The notes: generated by a model not told the origin, from the sequence alone. DNA of 64,000 bases from an uncultured Alphaproteobacteria bacterium (GCA_902561355.1 CACEPG010000003.1:16753-80752), one strand, 5' to 3'; positions 10,493 through 21,680 are shown, counted from the first letter of the stretch. A program made the numbers and translations.

Positions 10493-10873
10493 ATGAATAT
10501 CCAAATGTCTTCACAAAGACAGATAAGATATAGTGAATTAATAAGGTCTCTTATTAGTGAGTGTTTACTTAGAGAAGATTTTTATAATCCCAATTTTGAA
10601 ATTTCTTCAGTTACTATATCTTTTGTAAAAATGAGTAAAGATCTAAGATTTGCAAATGTTTATCTTATGCCATTAGGAGGAAAAGATAAGGATTTTATTT
10701 TAGATAATATGAATAAAAAAAAATATATTTTCCAAAAATATTTATCAGAAGCTAAATTACAATCTAAATTTACTCCAAAAATAAATTTTTTTATAGATGA
10801 TACTTTTGATGAAGCTGAAAAAATAAAAAAACTTCTTTTAAATAAAAAAGTTTCAAGAGATTTAAATGAATAA
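10493..10873 (+). CDS. rbfA: Ribosome-binding factor A
   Basis: SQRQIRYSELIR, VKMSKDLRFANVY, FTPKINFFID; infB-rbfA-truB order. Confidence 0.92.
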   Translation: MNIQMSSQRQIRYSELIRSLISECLLREDFYNPNFEISSVTISFVKMSKDLRFANVYLMPLGGKDKDFILDNMNKKKYIFQKYLSEAKLQSKFTPKINFFIDDTFDEAEKIKKLLLNKKVSRDLNE

Positions 10874-11777
10874 AAAAGACCAAGGTTGGTTAAATTTATA
10901 TAAACCAAAAAATATTAGTTCTTTCTTGGCTTTAAAAAAAATTAAAAATAAATTTAATATTCCAAAAATAGGTCATGCAGGAACTTTAGATCCTTTAGCT
11001 GAAGGCGTTCTCCCAATAGCTTTGGGCAAAACAACTAAGCTAATACCTTTTGTTAATTTTAATTTAAAAAATTATATATTTACTATTAAATGGGGAGAGC
11101 AAACAAGCACTGATGATATTGAAGGTAACATTATAAATAAATCTAGTAAAGTTCCTAATGATATTGAGATAAAACAATCGTTCAAAAATTTTTTAGGTTT
11201 TATTGAACAGGTTCCGCCAAATGCTTCAGCAGTCAAATTTAATGGGGAAAGAGCATATAAACTTTTAAGAAGTAAAAAAAAATTCGATCTTAAGTCAAAA
11301 AAAGTTTTTTTAAAAAGTATAAAAATTTTAAAAAAATCATCTGAAAGTCATACTACGTTTAAAATCGAATGTGGGAAAGGGTTCTACGTACGAAGTCTAG
11401 CTAGAGATTTAGCTCAGTCTTTAGGTACTTTTGGTCATATAACCTATCTTAATAGAACAAAAGTGGGTTTTTTTTCCAATAAAACTGCAATTTTACTGGA
11501 CGAGTTGTTAAAAATAGGACAAACGGACTTCGAATTTAATTGTATCCATTCTTCAATGTCAATGCTGGACGACATCTTGGCTTACGAGATTGAAGAAAAG
11601 AAAGATTTTGAAGATCTTGCTTTTGGTAAGTCAATTAGAATAGATAAAAAAAAATTGATTAAACCACCTTTAAATTTGGATAAAAAAAATACGGTTTTTT
11701 TATCAAAGAAAGGAAATATCATTTCTTTTGGCAAATTAAATGGAGATTTGTTTAAACCAAATAAAATCTTAATATAG
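10866..11777 (+). CDS. truB: tRNA pseudouridine(55) synthase TruB
   Basis: KIGHAGTLDPLAEGVL, QVPP..SAVKFNGERAY, CGKGFYVRSLARD. Confidence 0.96.
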   Translation: MNKKDQGWLNLYKPKNISSFLALKKIKNKFNIPKIGHAGTLDPLAEGVLPIALGKTTKLIPFVNFNLKNYIFTIKWGEQTSTDDIEGNIINKSSKVPNDIEIKQSFKNFLGFIEQVPPNASAVKFNGERAYKLLRSKKKFDLKSKKVFLKSIKILKKSSESHTTFKIECGKGFYVRSLARDLAQSLGTFGHITYLNRTKVGFFSNKTAILLDELLKIGQTDFEFNCIHSSMSMLDDILAYEIEEKKDFEDLAFGKSIRIDKKKLIKPPLNLDKKNTVFLSKKGNIISFGKLNGDLFKPNKILI

Positions 11778-11782
11778 GAGCA

Positions 11783-12055
11783 ATGATGTCGATAAAAAAA
11801 GAAACAAAAAAAGAATTAATTAACAAGTTTTCATTAACTGAAAATGATACTGGTTCTGCGGAAGTGCAGATTGCAATTATCAGTGAAAGAATTAACAATT
11901 TAATAGAACATTTTAAAACTCATAAGCATGATAATCATTCTAAAAGAGGTTTAGTGGCTTTAGTAAATAATAGAAAAAAATTGTTAAGCTATGTTTCACG
12001 AAAAGATAACAAAAGGTATAAAGAATTAATTAAAGAACTTAATATAAGAGGTTAG
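11783..12055 (+). CDS. rpsO: 30S ribosomal protein S15
   Basis: [22 protein letters not shown]; AGGAG ribosome-binding site (second ATG at 11786 may be the true start). Confidence 0.97.
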   Translation: MMSIKKETKKELINKFSLTENDTGSAEVQIAIISERINNLIEHFKTHKHDNHSKRGLVALVNNRKKLLSYVSRKDNKRYKELIKELNIRG

Positions 12056-12080
12056 AAAAATAAATAGAAAAGAGAAAAGA

Positions 12081-14165
12081 ATGTTTGATGTTAAAAAAAT
12101 AGAATTAGAATGGGCAGGAAAAAATTTAAAAATAGAGACAGGAAAAATAGCAAGACAAGCTGATGCTTCAGTAATTGTTACATACGGGGGAACAACAGTT
12201 ATGACGAATGTTGTAGCTGCAAAACAAGCAAAACCTGATATCGATTTTTTCCCTTTAACTGTGAATTATCAGGAAAAATTTTATTCAGTTGGGAAAATAC
12301 CTGGAGGCTTTTTTAAAAGAGAAGCGAGACCAACAGAAAAAGAAACTTTAATATGTAGATTAATTGATAGACCAATTAGACCTTTATTTCATAAAGATTT
12401 CAAAAACGAAACTCAAATAACATGTACAGTGTTATCGCACGATTTATCAAATGACTCTGATATAGTGGCTTTGATTGCTTCAAGTGCTGCATTAACACTA
12501 TCTGGACTTCCTTTCATAGGTCCATTAGGAGCAGCTAAAATAGGCTTAATAGATAATGAATTTGTTTTAAATCCAACTATTGAACAAATTAAAAGTTCTA
12601 GTTTAGATTTAGTGGTTGCTGGAACAAGCAAAGGAGTATTAATGGTTGAATCAGAGGCTCATCAACTATCTGAAGAAAAAATGTTAGAAGCTGTTGTATT
12701 TGGTCAAGAGTCATATAAACCAGTGATAGATGCTATTATATCTTTAGCTAAGCAAGCAGCAAAAGATCCTTGGCTACTTCCAGAAAAAGATGAAGAAATA
12801 AGTAAGTTGCCTGAGAATATTGGTAAAGATTATAAAGAAGAATTCAAGAAAGCTTATAATATTCAAGAAAAACAAAATAGATCTGAAAAACTCAATGTTT
12901 TACGTTCTGAAATCGAAGAGAAATTCGTTTCAGAAAATTTATCTTCAGTTGTTGTTGCAGATGCAGTTAAATCTATTGAGAAAGATATAGTTAGAGGAGA
13001 ACTATTAAATACAGGAAATCGAATAGATGGAAGAGATACAAAAACTGTTAGACCAATTATTTGTGAAACGAGTATCCTCGAAAGAACTCATGGATCTGCT
13101 TTATTTACTAGGGGAGAAACTCAAGCATTAGTAGTTACAACCTTAGGAACAGGTTCAGATGAACAGCGGATTGATGCCATTGAAGGCGAATATAAAGAAA
13201 ATTTTATGTTGCATTATAATTTTCCTCAATATTCTGTTGGTGAAGTTGGTAGAGCGGGATCAACTAGTAGAAGAGAAATTGGTCATGGAAAACTTGCTTG
13301 GAGAGCTATTCACCCTATGTTACCATCACCCGAACAGTTTCCATACACATATAGAGTTGTTTCAGAAATCACTGAATCAAATGGATCCAGTTCTATGGCA
13401 ACTGTCTGTGGTACATCTATGTCATTAATGGATGCTGGAGTTCCTCTAGAAAAACCAATAGCAGGAATAGCAATGGGATTAATTAAAGATGGAGATAAAT
13501 ATGTCGTACTTTCTGATATATTAGGTGATGAAGATCATTTAGGGGATATGGATTTTAAAGTAGCAGGTACTAAAGATGGCATTACTTCACTGCAAATGGA
13601 TATTAAAATCACAAGTATAACATCACAAATTATGAAAGAAGCTTTATCTCAAGCCAAAGAAGGTAGACTTCATATTTTAGAAGAAATGGCAAAAGCAATT
13701 TCCAAACCAAAAGAATCAATATCAAATTATGCTCCAACAATTACTACTATACAAGTACACAAAGATAAGATCAGGGAAGTAATAGGAAAAGGTGGAGCAG
13801 TAATTAGAGAGATCACTGAAAAAACTGGAGCAAAAATAGAGATAGATGACAATGGTCTAGTAAGTATTGCTGCTGTAAACTCTGAGTCAGGTCAAGCGGC
13901 TATTGATTGGATTAATGGAATTGTTGAAGAACCTGAAATAGGTAAAACATATGAGGGAAAGGTTGTAAAATTAATGGATTTTGGTGCATTTGTTAACTTT
14001 ATGGGCTCAAGAGATGGTTTGGTTCATATAAGTCAACTCAAAAACGAAAGAGTTGAAAAAGTTAGTGATGTAGTAAATGAAGGAGATGTTGTTAAGGTAA
14101 AGGTTTTAGATATTGACTCTAGAGGGAAAGTTAAACTTTCAATTAAAGAAGTTGAATCAGAATAA
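12081..14165 (+). CDS. pnp: Polyribonucleotide nucleotidyltransferase
   Basis: [41 protein letters not shown] and S1 domains. Confidence 0.98.
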   Translation: MFDVKKIELEWAGKNLKIETGKIARQADASVIVTYGGTTVMTNVVAAKQAKPDIDFFPLTVNYQEKFYSVGKIPGGFFKREARPTEKETLICRLIDRPIRPLFHKDFKNETQITCTVLSHDLSNDSDIVALIASSAALTLSGLPFIGPLGAAKIGLIDNEFVLNPTIEQIKSSSLDLVVAGTSKGVLMVESEAHQLSEEKMLEAVVFGQESYKPVIDAIISLAKQAAKDPWLLPEKDEEISKLPENIGKDYKEEFKKAYNIQEKQNRSEKLNVLRSEIEEKFVSENLSSVVVADAVKSIEKDIVRGELLNTGNRIDGRDTKTVRPIICETSILERTHGSALFTRGETQALVVTTLGTGSDEQRIDAIEGEYKENFMLHYNFPQYSVGEVGRAGSTSRREIGHGKLAWRAIHPMLPSPEQFPYTYRVVSEITESNGSSSMATVCGTSMSLMDAGVPLEKPIAGIAMGLIKDGDKYVVLSDILGDEDHLGDMDFKVAGTKDGITSLQMDIKITSITSQIMKEALSQAKEGRLHILEEMAKAISKPKESISNYAPTITTIQVHKDKIREVIGKGGAVIREITEKTGAKIEIDDNGLVSIAAVNSESGQAAIDWINGIVEEPEIGKTYEGKVVKLMDFGAFVNFMGSRDGLVHISQLKNERVEKVSDVVNEGDVVKVKVLDIDSRGKVKLSIKEVESE

Positions 14166-14904
14166 TTGGAAAAATCTAAACAATATTGTTGGACACAGAG
14201 GTGTAAAAGATCTAGCGCCAGAAAATACCTTAGACTCAATATTAAATGCATTTGATTTGGGGTTAAATTGGGTAGAGATTGATGTAAAAGTAAGTAAGGA
14301 TTGTATTCCTTTTTTACTTCATGATGATACATTCAACAGAACCACTAATGGAAAAGGTTTAGCTAATCATAAAAATTATTTAGATATTAAAAAATTAGAT
14401 GCAGGAATTTTTTTTTATAATAAGCCAACAAAAATATATCCACCTACACTCAAAGAAGTATTGGAGTTAGTAAAAAATAAAAAAAAATCTCTTAATATTG
14501 AATTAAAACCAAATAATGGATTTGAAAAAATTAATGTTGAAAAAATTTTACAGGTTATGGAAGATTTTTCTGATGTTGAAGTTTATTATTCTAGTTTTGA
14601 TTTAGATTCTTGTATTTTAGTAAAAAAAAAATTGCCAAATTGTAGCTGCAGTTTTTTAGTTAATGATTTTGAAAAATTTAAAATTCAAGATGTAATTGAT
14701 ATATGTTTAAAATTTAATTTTTTTCTTTGTGGTACTAATATTAAAAATATTACTAAAGATGTTATTGATGTTTTTTCTAAAAATAAAATATTTATAAGTG
14801 TTTATTCAGAAAAAAATATTAATGTTACAGAGGCTATAAATTTATGGAACATAGGAATAAAAACTATTTTTAGTGATGATCCAACAGAACTTTTAAAAAT
14901 TTAA
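14152..14904 (+). CDS. Glycerophosphodiester phosphodiesterase (UgpQ/GDPD family)
   Basis: [33 protein letters not shown]; in-frame TTG 14152 is the likely start; no signal peptide evident. Confidence 0.88.
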   Translation: MNQNNWKNLNNIVGHRGVKDLAPENTLDSILNAFDLGLNWVEIDVKVSKDCIPFLLHDDTFNRTTNGKGLANHKNYLDIKKLDAGIFFYNKPTKIYPPTLKEVLELVKNKKKSLNIELKPNNGFEKINVEKILQVMEDFSDVEVYYSSFDLDSCILVKKKLPNCSCSFLVNDFEKFKIQDVIDICLKFNFFLCGTNIKNITKDVIDVFSKNKIFISVYSEKNINVTEAINLWNIGIKTIFSDDPTELLKI

Positions 14905-15678
14905 CTATTTTATCTTAGGCATTCCAACAATATTAAAACCACAGTCAACATAATGTATTTCTCCTGTAACTGCTGAAGATAAATCACTCACTAGATAAAG
15001 TGCTGAATTACCTAACTCTTCCAATAAAACATTTCTTTTTAAAGAAGAATTTACTTCAGTAAACTTATAAACATCTCTTGCATTAGCAATAGCTGCACCA
15101 GCAATTGTGCGCATTGGACCTGCAGAAATTGCATTTACCCTAATATCTTGTGATCCTAAGTCTACACTAAGGTATTTTACGCTTGTTTCAAGGGCAGCCT
15201 TAGCTACACCCATTACATTATAATTTGGCATTACTTTTGAAGAGCCATAAAAACTAAGTGTAATTAAACTCCCACCAGATTTCATAAAGGGTTGAGCTAA
15301 TTTTGCTATTTTTGTAAAAGAGTAACAAGATACATTTAAACTGTTGATAAAGTTTTGTTTTGTTGTTTCAATATATCTTCCATTCAATTCATTTTTGTCC
15401 GAAAAAGCTACAGCATGAATAATAAAATCAATATTATCCCATTTGGAAGTTATTTGCTTAATTGTATTTTCTAATGAACCTTCTTTATTAAAATCACATT
15501 CTAATAATAAATTTGAATTTAATTTTTTTGCTAGAGGTTCTACTCTTTTTAAAAGACTTTCACTTTGATATGTTATAGCTAATTCTGCTCCATTTTCATT
15601 TAATTTTTTTGCAATTCCCCAAGCAATTGAATGATCATTTGCTATACCAAAAACTATACCTTTTTTATTTTTAAGCAT
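14905..15678 (-). CDS. fabI: Enoyl-ACP reductase FabI
   Basis: [34 protein letters not shown]. Confidence 0.96.
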   Translation of the reverse strand: MLKNKKGIVFGIANDHSIAWGIAKKLNENGAELAITYQSESLLKRVEPLAKKLNSNLLLECDFNKEGSLENTIKQITSKWDNIDFIIHAVAFSDKNELNGRYIETTKQNFINSLNVSCYSFTKIAKLAQPFMKSGGSLITLSFYGSSKVMPNYNVMGVAKAALETSVKYLSVDLGSQDIRVNAISAGPMRTIAGAAIANARDVYKFTEVNSSLKRNVLLEELGNSALYLVSDLSSAVTGEIHYVDCGFNIVGMPKIK

Positions 15679-16888
15679 TGTATTTTGAAAAAATTAAAGT
15701 TGCATTAGTGCCGCCAAAACCAAAGCTATTTGACATAACACTATTTATTTCCTTAGTTTCTTGAGATTCAAAAAGTATATTAAAATTCTTGGCTTTTTCA
15801 TCTATTTCATAAATATTAGCTGATCCACTAATAAAATCATTATTCATCATTAATAAACAATAAATTGCTTCATGTACTCCAGTGGCACCAAGTGAATGTC
15901 CAGTAAGTGATTTTGTAGAGCTAATTTTAGGCATGTTATCTTTGAAAACATTTTTTATTGCTTCTAACTCTTTTATATCTCCAATTGGAGTACTTGTTCC
16001 ATGTGAATTTATATAATCAATTTTACCTTTTATGTTTTTTAAAGCTTGTAACATACATCTTTCAGCTCCTTCACCTGAGGGTTGAACCATATCAAATCCA
16101 TCTGAAGTTGCTCCGTAACCTGTGATTTCAGCATAAATTTTTGCACCTCGCGCTTTTGCATGTTCTAACTCTTCAAGTACTAATGTTCCTCCACCACCAG
16201 CGATAACAAATCCGTCCCTATTTGAATCATAAGCTCTTGAAGCAGTACTCGGGGTTTCGTTATATTTTGATGATAAAGCACCCATTGCATCAAATAATAT
16301 TGATAAAGTCCAATGTAATTCTTCACCACCCCCAGCAAAAATTATATTTTGTTTTCCCATTTGAATTAATTCATATGCATTGCCTATACAATGTGAGCTA
16401 GTTGAACATGCAGATGTTATAGAATAGTTTACTCCTTTAATTTTAAATGGTGTCGCTAAAGTAGCCGAGTTAGTACTAGACATACTTCTTGGAACCATGA
16501 AGGGGCCAACTTTTTTTGATCCCTTTTCTTTCCCAATTTGAGATGATTGAAAAAGATTTTGGGTAGAGGGGCCTCCAGAACCTGCAATTATACCTGTCAT
16601 TTCATTTGAAACATCTTTATCAACAAGTCCTGAATCCTTTATAGCATCTTTCATAGCTATATAATTGAAAGCAGCTCCGTCTCCCATAAAACGTATTAAT
16701 CTTCGATCAATTTGATCCTCTAAGTTAATATTTGGTTTTCCATGAACAAGACTTCTAAATGAAAATTCTTCATATTCAGGAGCGCTTGTAATTCCTGAAT
16801 TTAAATTTTTCAAATTTTCAGCTACTGTTTTTTTATCATTTCCAATGCAAGATACAATTCCCAATCCAGTAACAACAACTCTTTTCAT
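15671..16888 (-). CDS. fabB: 3-oxoacyl-ACP synthase I FabB
   Basis: [41 protein letters not shown]; fabA-fabB-fabI order. Confidence 0.96.
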   Translation of the reverse strand: MKRVVVTGLGIVSCIGNDKKTVAENLKNLNSGITSAPEYEEFSFRSLVHGKPNINLEDQIDRRLIRFMGDGAAFNYIAMKDAIKDSGLVDKDVSNEMTGIIAGSGGPSTQNLFQSSQIGKEKGSKKVGPFMVPRSMSSTNSATLATPFKIKGVNYSITSACSTSSHCIGNAYELIQMGKQNIIFAGGGEELHWTLSILFDAMGALSSKYNETPSTASRAYDSNRDGFVIAGGGGTLVLEELEHAKARGAKIYAEITGYGATSDGFDMVQPSGEGAERCMLQALKNIKGKIDYINSHGTSTPIGDIKELEAIKNVFKDNMPKISSTKSLTGHSLGATGVHEAIYCLLMMNNDFISGSANIYEIDEKAKNFNILFESQETKEINSVMSNSFGFGGTNATLIFSKYNA

Positions 16889-16893
16889 TAAGA

Positions 16894-17400
16894 TTAATCT
16901 TTAATAGTAAAAAGACCAACTTTCATATCTTTTGCTTCATATATAGATTCGCCATCAGCTTTAAGAATTCCATCCGCAATTCCTAAAATCAATTTTCTCA
17001 AAATCAATCTTTTTAAAGAGATATGATAAGTAACTTTTTTAACTGTTTGAAGAACTTGACCTGTAAATTTAACTTCACCAACACCAAGAGCCCTGCCTTT
17101 GCCGGGCTGACCTAGCCAGCCAAGATAAAACCCAACTAGTTGCCACATAGCATCTAATCCTAAACAACCAGGCATAACAGGATCATTTTTAAAATGACAA
17201 TCAAAAAACCATAAATTTGGTGTAATATCTAATTCAGCTATAATTTCACCTTTTGAAAAACTTCCTCCATTTTCATTAATATTTATAATACGATCAAACA
17301 TCAGCATTGGCGGTGAAGGTAATTGTGCATTACCTTTTCCAAACAATATACCATTAGCACAATCAATAAGCTGCTCATATGAAAAAGAATTTGCTCTCAT
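16894..17400 (-). CDS. fabA: 3-hydroxydecanoyl-ACP dehydratase/isomerase FabA
   Basis: [36 protein letters not shown]. Confidence 0.97.
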   Translation of the reverse strand: MRANSFSYEQLIDCANGILFGKGNAQLPSPPMLMFDRIININENGGSFSKGEIIAELDITPNLWFFDCHFKNDPVMPGCLGLDAMWQLVGFYLGWLGQPGKGRALGVGEVKFTGQVLQTVKKVTYHISLKRLILRKLILGIADGILKADGESIYEAKDMKVGLFTIKD

Positions 17401-17445
17401 AAATAAATTATAAAATTAATCTTTTAGTTTATTATTCAATGGAAG

Positions 17446-18192
17446 TTAACCTTTATTTAACTGACATTCTTTATTATTTTTTACTTTGATTTTCTGTATT
17501 TCACCACTTATTGTATTGAAAAGTGTTAAAATATTATTTTCATCTTTAAAATTAAGAAGAGAATTAATAGTTTTTTGTGCAGTTAATAAACCTGCTATTC
17601 CAGCTGTAATACCTGAAATACCAACCGTTTCACATCGAGGTATTTCTACATCATCTTTGTTGGGAAAAAGACAATTTAAACAAATGTGTTTATTTTTTTT
17701 ATTTGGGAAAAAAGCAATTTGAATATCATGACCTACGGCAGACGTAAATATAAAGCTAACTGAATTTTTAACACAATATTCATTTAATAATTTAGAAGTA
17801 TGCCAATTATCTGTTGTATCAATTACTAATGATGAGTTTGACAACAAGTTTATATTTTCTTCATACAAATTTATTGAATAAGATTCAATATTGCTATGAG
17901 GATTGGTTTTTAATAACTTGGATTTAGAAATATCTGATTTTTTTTTACCAATGTCTTCAATTGAATATAAGATTTGTCTGTTCAGATTGCTTTTTTCTAT
18001 CTTATCACCATCAAATATTTTTAAATTTTTAATTCCTGACGAAATTAAATATTGACTTAAAGGACATCCAATACCACCTAAACCTACAATCGCAATTTTA
18101 AGTTTATTAAGTTCAGATAGTATTTCTTCAGTAAATTCTTTTAAAATAAATTGTCTTGCAAACAATTCATACTCTAAATCATTATATTTCAT
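17446..18192 (-). CDS. HesA/MoeB/ThiF family adenylyltransferase
   Basis: VGLGGIG, DGDKIEKSNLNRQ, DTTDN, CLNCLFP, CETVG. Confidence 0.88.
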   Translation of the reverse strand: MKYNDLEYELFARQFILKEFTEEILSELNKLKIAIVGLGGIGCPLSQYLISSGIKNLKIFDGDKIEKSNLNRQILYSIEDIGKKKSDISKSKLLKTNPHSNIESYSINLYEENINLLSNSSLVIDTTDNWHTSKLLNEYCVKNSVSFIFTSAVGHDIQIAFFPNKKNKHICLNCLFPNKDDVEIPRCETVGISGITAGIAGLLTAQKTINSLLNFKDENNILTLFNTISGEIQKIKVKNNKECQLNKG

Positions 18193-18240
18193 GGGATTTT
18201 GATAAAGAAATTGAGCCTGTGATAATAAATAATAATCTCA

Positions 18241-18969
18241 TTATAATTTATAACCTTTGTGAATAGTGACAATTCCATTAAATAAATTAATATAAGAAAC
18301 GTTAATAAATCCTGCTTTAGTTAATTTTACCTTTAATTGATTTTGATTTGGAAAAAGATCAATGCTTTCATTTAAATAATTATAAGCAGCTTTATTATCA
18401 GCAACTAATTTACCAACCAAAGGTATAAAGTTCGCTTTGTATTTATTATAAATTTTTGAAATAAAAAAAGATTTAGGTTTGCTAAATTCTAAACAAAAAT
18501 ATTTTCCTCCCGGTTTTAAAATACGAAAAGCCTCATTTAGTGATTTGTCTATATTGGAAATATTTCTTAAACAAAATGAAATTAAATATTTATCAAAACT
18601 ATTATTTTCAAATTTTAAATTTTCAGCATTATTTATATGAAAATTTACTTTTTTATTTTTTATTCTTTTTTCCCCAATGTTGATCATTTCATAATTTAAA
18701 TCAACCACATCAATATCAATATTAATATTTTTTTTTAATAGTTCGATAACTATATCACCAGAACCAGATCCAACATCTATTATTTTGTCATCTTTTAGAG
18801 GATCAACTAATTCGACAAATTTTTTTTTCCATAATCTATGAGCACCAAGGCTCATAATATCATTCATTAAATCATAATTCTTCGATACATCAGAAAATAC
18901 TTTTTGAACTAACTCAGTCTTTTCTTTAGAAGTGACTTTAGTATAACCAAAATTAAATATTTTATTCAT
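18241..18969 (-). CDS. ubiE: Ubiquinone/menaquinone C-methyltransferase UbiE
   Basis: VFSDVSKNYDLMNDIMSLGAHRLWK, DVGSGSGD, RILKPGG, YLNESI. Confidence 0.94.
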   Translation of the reverse strand: MNKIFNFGYTKVTSKEKTELVQKVFSDVSKNYDLMNDIMSLGAHRLWKKKFVELVDPLKDDKIIDVGSGSGDIVIELLKKNINIDIDVVDLNYEMINIGEKRIKNKKVNFHINNAENLKFENNSFDKYLISFCLRNISNIDKSLNEAFRILKPGGKYFCLEFSKPKSFFISKIYNKYKANFIPLVGKLVADNKAAYNYLNESIDLFPNQNQLKVKLTKAGFINVSYINLFNGIVTIHKGYKL

Positions 18970-18974
18970 AAATC

Positions 18975-19802
18975 ATGCCTGAGTTACCTGAAGTTGAGAC
19001 CACCATTAGAGGTTTAAATATATTAATTAATAAAAAAGTCATCAAAATCATCACTAACACAAAAAAACTTAGATATAACATACCATCCAATATCTCTTAT
19101 AAATTTAAAGATCAAAAAATAATTTCAACAGAAAGAATCGCAAAGTATATTTTAATAAATTTTTTTAACAATTTAACTCTAATAATTCATCTTGGTATGT
19201 CTGGCAGATTAAAAGTTACTAAAAGTAGTTATGTTGAAAATAAACATGATCATGTAATTATTTTATTTGGTAATGGTTATAAATTAATATTCAATGATCC
19301 AAGAAAATTTGGGTTTATTGATATTGCAGCAACATTAGAACTAAACCAAAAAAAATATATTTCATCACTGGGCGTGGATGCTTTAAGTATAAAATTTAAT
19401 ACTAAATATATGTATACAAAAATTAAAAATTCTGCCGTACCTATAAAACAAATACTCTTGAATCAATATATAGTATCTGGAATAGGAAATATTTATGCTT
19501 GTGAAATTCTATATGATGCTAAAATTTCACCATTAATACAAGGTAAAGATTTAAATATTAATCAGATAAGGTTAATTATAAAGTCTGCTAAAAAAATTCT
19601 TAAGAAAGCTATCAGTTATGGTGGATCAAGTATTAAAGACTATAGATCATCTGATGGTACTTTAGGTAATTTTCAATCTAATTTTAAAGTTTATGGCAAA
19701 GAAGGACAAAAAGTTTCAAAGTTTGAAATTATTAAAATAGTTCAGTACGGTAGAGCTACATTTTATTGTCCAGGTTTGCAAAAAGAACAAAATAGCAATT
19801 AG
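18975..19802 (+). CDS. mutM: Formamidopyrimidine-DNA glycosylase Fpg/MutM with degenerate zinc finger
   Basis: MPELPEVET, HLGMSG, DPRKFG, GIGNIY, GRATFYCP. Confidence 0.96.
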   Translation: MPELPEVETTIRGLNILINKKVIKIITNTKKLRYNIPSNISYKFKDQKIISTERIAKYILINFFNNLTLIIHLGMSGRLKVTKSSYVENKHDHVIILFGNGYKLIFNDPRKFGFIDIAATLELNQKKYISSLGVDALSIKFNTKYMYTKIKNSAVPIKQILLNQYIVSGIGNIYACEILYDAKISPLIQGKDLNINQIRLIIKSAKKILKKAISYGGSSIKDYRSSDGTLGNFQSNFKVYGKEGQKVSKFEIIKIVQYGRATFYCPGLQKEQNSN

Positions 19803-19814
19803 AGTATTAATTTG

Positions 19815-19842
19815 TTGACTTTGTTATTTTTAAATTTATACC
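19815..19842 (+). promoter_or_regulatory. Putative sigma70 promoter of rpsT
   Basis: TTGACT-N16-TATACC ending 9 nt before the rpsT ATG. Confidence 0.5.
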
Positions 19843-19851
19843 GTTTCACAA

Positions 19852-20112
19852 ATGGCGAACCACAAATCAGCTAAAAAGCGGTCAGTACAAAACAAGACAA
19901 AAAATGATGTAAACTCAAAATATTTGAGTAAAGTTAGAACAAGTCTAAATAAATTTGATGAAGCTTTAAAATCTAATAAAACTGACGAAATTCAAAAAAA
20001 TTTGAGTGAAGTTAATTCTATTATGGCAAAAACTGTAAAAAAGGGCATTTTCAAAAAGCAATACTTATCTAGAAAGTTATCCTCGTTATCAAATCAAATT
20101 AAAAAAAATTAA
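19852..20112 (+). CDS. rpsT: 30S ribosomal protein S20
   Basis: MANHKSAKKR, KKGIFKK..SRKLSSL; mutM-rpsT-dnaA synteny. Confidence 0.95.
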   Translation: MANHKSAKKRSVQNKTKNDVNSKYLSKVRTSLNKFDEALKSNKTDEIQKNLSEVNSIMAKTVKKGIFKKQYLSRKLSSLSNQIKKN

Positions 20113-20262
20113 ATTTTTTTTTTATTTTTTCACTTTTATTCTTGATAAAAATACGTAAAGAGTATTGATTATCTTTGATATAATTGGTGATTATAATTTT
20201 ACGGCTTTGGATTTTTTTACGTAGAATTTGAATTAAAAAAATCCACTGAGATTAGGGGGCTA

Positions 20263-21654
20263 ATGGAAAAGTCAAGTTTAGGTTTTGATGAAGTTAAATG
20301 GTCCTCATTAAAAAAAGATCTAAAAAAAACTGTTGGAGATAGTGCTTATAATAATTGGTTAAAGCATTTAAATTATGTTTCCTTGGAAAAAGATACAATT
20401 ACATTTTCAGTTCCAACAAAGTTTTTGAGAGACTGGATAGTTAATAATTATTCAGATAAAGTAAAAACAGAATCAAAGAAATATTCTGAACAGATTGATG
20501 TTATAAAATTTGTTGTAAAACCAACCGGTGGAAGAATTGTGCCTGGGACGACAAGAACTATAAAAAGTACAGATAACCATTGGAAATCTACTTTAGATAT
20601 TAGATCTAATCAGCAATCTTCTCCAAATGAATTTGGAGCACCTTTAGATCCAAGGTTTACATTTGACAATTTTGTAGTTGGAAAACCAAATGAATTAGCT
20701 TTTGCAGCTTCAGCAAGAGTTGCTGAAGCAGATAAAGTTTCATTTAATCCATTATTTTTATATGGAGGAGTCGGTTTAGGTAAAACACATTTAATGCATG
20801 CAATAGGTTGGAAAATCAAACAACAACAACCCGAGAGAAAGGTAATCTATTTATCAGCAGAAAAATTTATGTACCAATTTGTGAGAGCTCTTAGGTATAA
20901 AGATACTTCTGCTTTTAAAGAACAGTTTAGATCAATCGATGTACTAATGATAGATGATGTTCAGTTTATTAGTGGAAAAGATAATACCCAAGAAGAGTTT
21001 TTTCATACATTCAATGCATTAATTGAACAAAATAAGCAAATTGTAATTTCTGCAGATAAATCTCCATCAGATCTTGATGGTGTTCAAGACAGATTAAAAT
21101 CTAGACTAGGTTGTGGTTTAGTTGCAGACATACACCCCACAACATATGAGCTCAGATTAGGAATCTTAATTGAAAAAGCACAAAAGAGAGGTGTAGAAAT
21201 TCCTCCAAAGGTACTAGAATTTTTGTCACATAGGATTATATCTAATGTTAGAGAAATGGAAGGTGCTTTAAATAGACTAGTTGCTCATGCCACTTTAGTT
21301 GGAACATCCATAACTGTTGAGACAGCTCAAGTTGTTTTGCAAGATTTACTTAAATCATCTAATAAAAAAATTACTATCGAAGAAATTCAGAAAAAAGTTG
21401 CTGAACATTTTAATATAAGAATAACAGATATGCATTCCCCAAGAAGATCTAGATCTGTAGCTAGACCTAGACAAATAGCTATGTATCTTGCTAAATCAAT
21501 TACATCAAGATCGCTACCTGAGATTGGAAGGAAGTTTGGCGGTAGAGATCATACAACTGTAATGCATGCAGTAAAAAAAATTGAAGAACTTAAGCTACAA
21601 GACGTTAATTTTAATGAGGATATTGAGTTATTAAAAAGACTTATAGATTCTTAA
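20263..21654 (+). CDS. dnaA: Chromosomal replication initiator DnaA
   Basis: FNPLFLYGGVGLGKTHL, LMIDDVQF, RPRQIAMYL, GGRDHTTVMHA. Confidence 0.98.
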   Translation: MEKSSLGFDEVKWSSLKKDLKKTVGDSAYNNWLKHLNYVSLEKDTITFSVPTKFLRDWIVNNYSDKVKTESKKYSEQIDVIKFVVKPTGGRIVPGTTRTIKSTDNHWKSTLDIRSNQQSSPNEFGAPLDPRFTFDNFVVGKPNELAFAASARVAEADKVSFNPLFLYGGVGLGKTHLMHAIGWKIKQQQPERKVIYLSAEKFMYQFVRALRYKDTSAFKEQFRSIDVLMIDDVQFISGKDNTQEEFFHTFNALIEQNKQIVISADKSPSDLDGVQDRLKSRLGCGLVADIHPTTYELRLGILIEKAQKRGVEIPPKVLEFLSHRIISNVREMEGALNRLVAHATLVGTSITVETAQVVLQDLLKSSNKKITIEEIQKKVAEHFNIRITDMHSPRRSRSVARPRQIAMYLAKSITSRSLPEIGRKFGGRDHTTVMHAVKKIEELKLQDVNFNEDIELLKRLIDS

Positions 21655-21680
21655 GTTAATTTTCTTTATATTTCAGAAAA

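Noticed and set aside
11778-11782. rpsO autoregulatory leader
   Set aside because: Only 5 nt separate truB and rpsO; no leader can be supported
20113-20262. oriC next to dnaA
   Set aside because: No TTATCCACA-type DnaA-box cluster seen in the rpsT-dnaA or dnaA-dnaN spacers; alphaproteobacterial origins are often elsewhere
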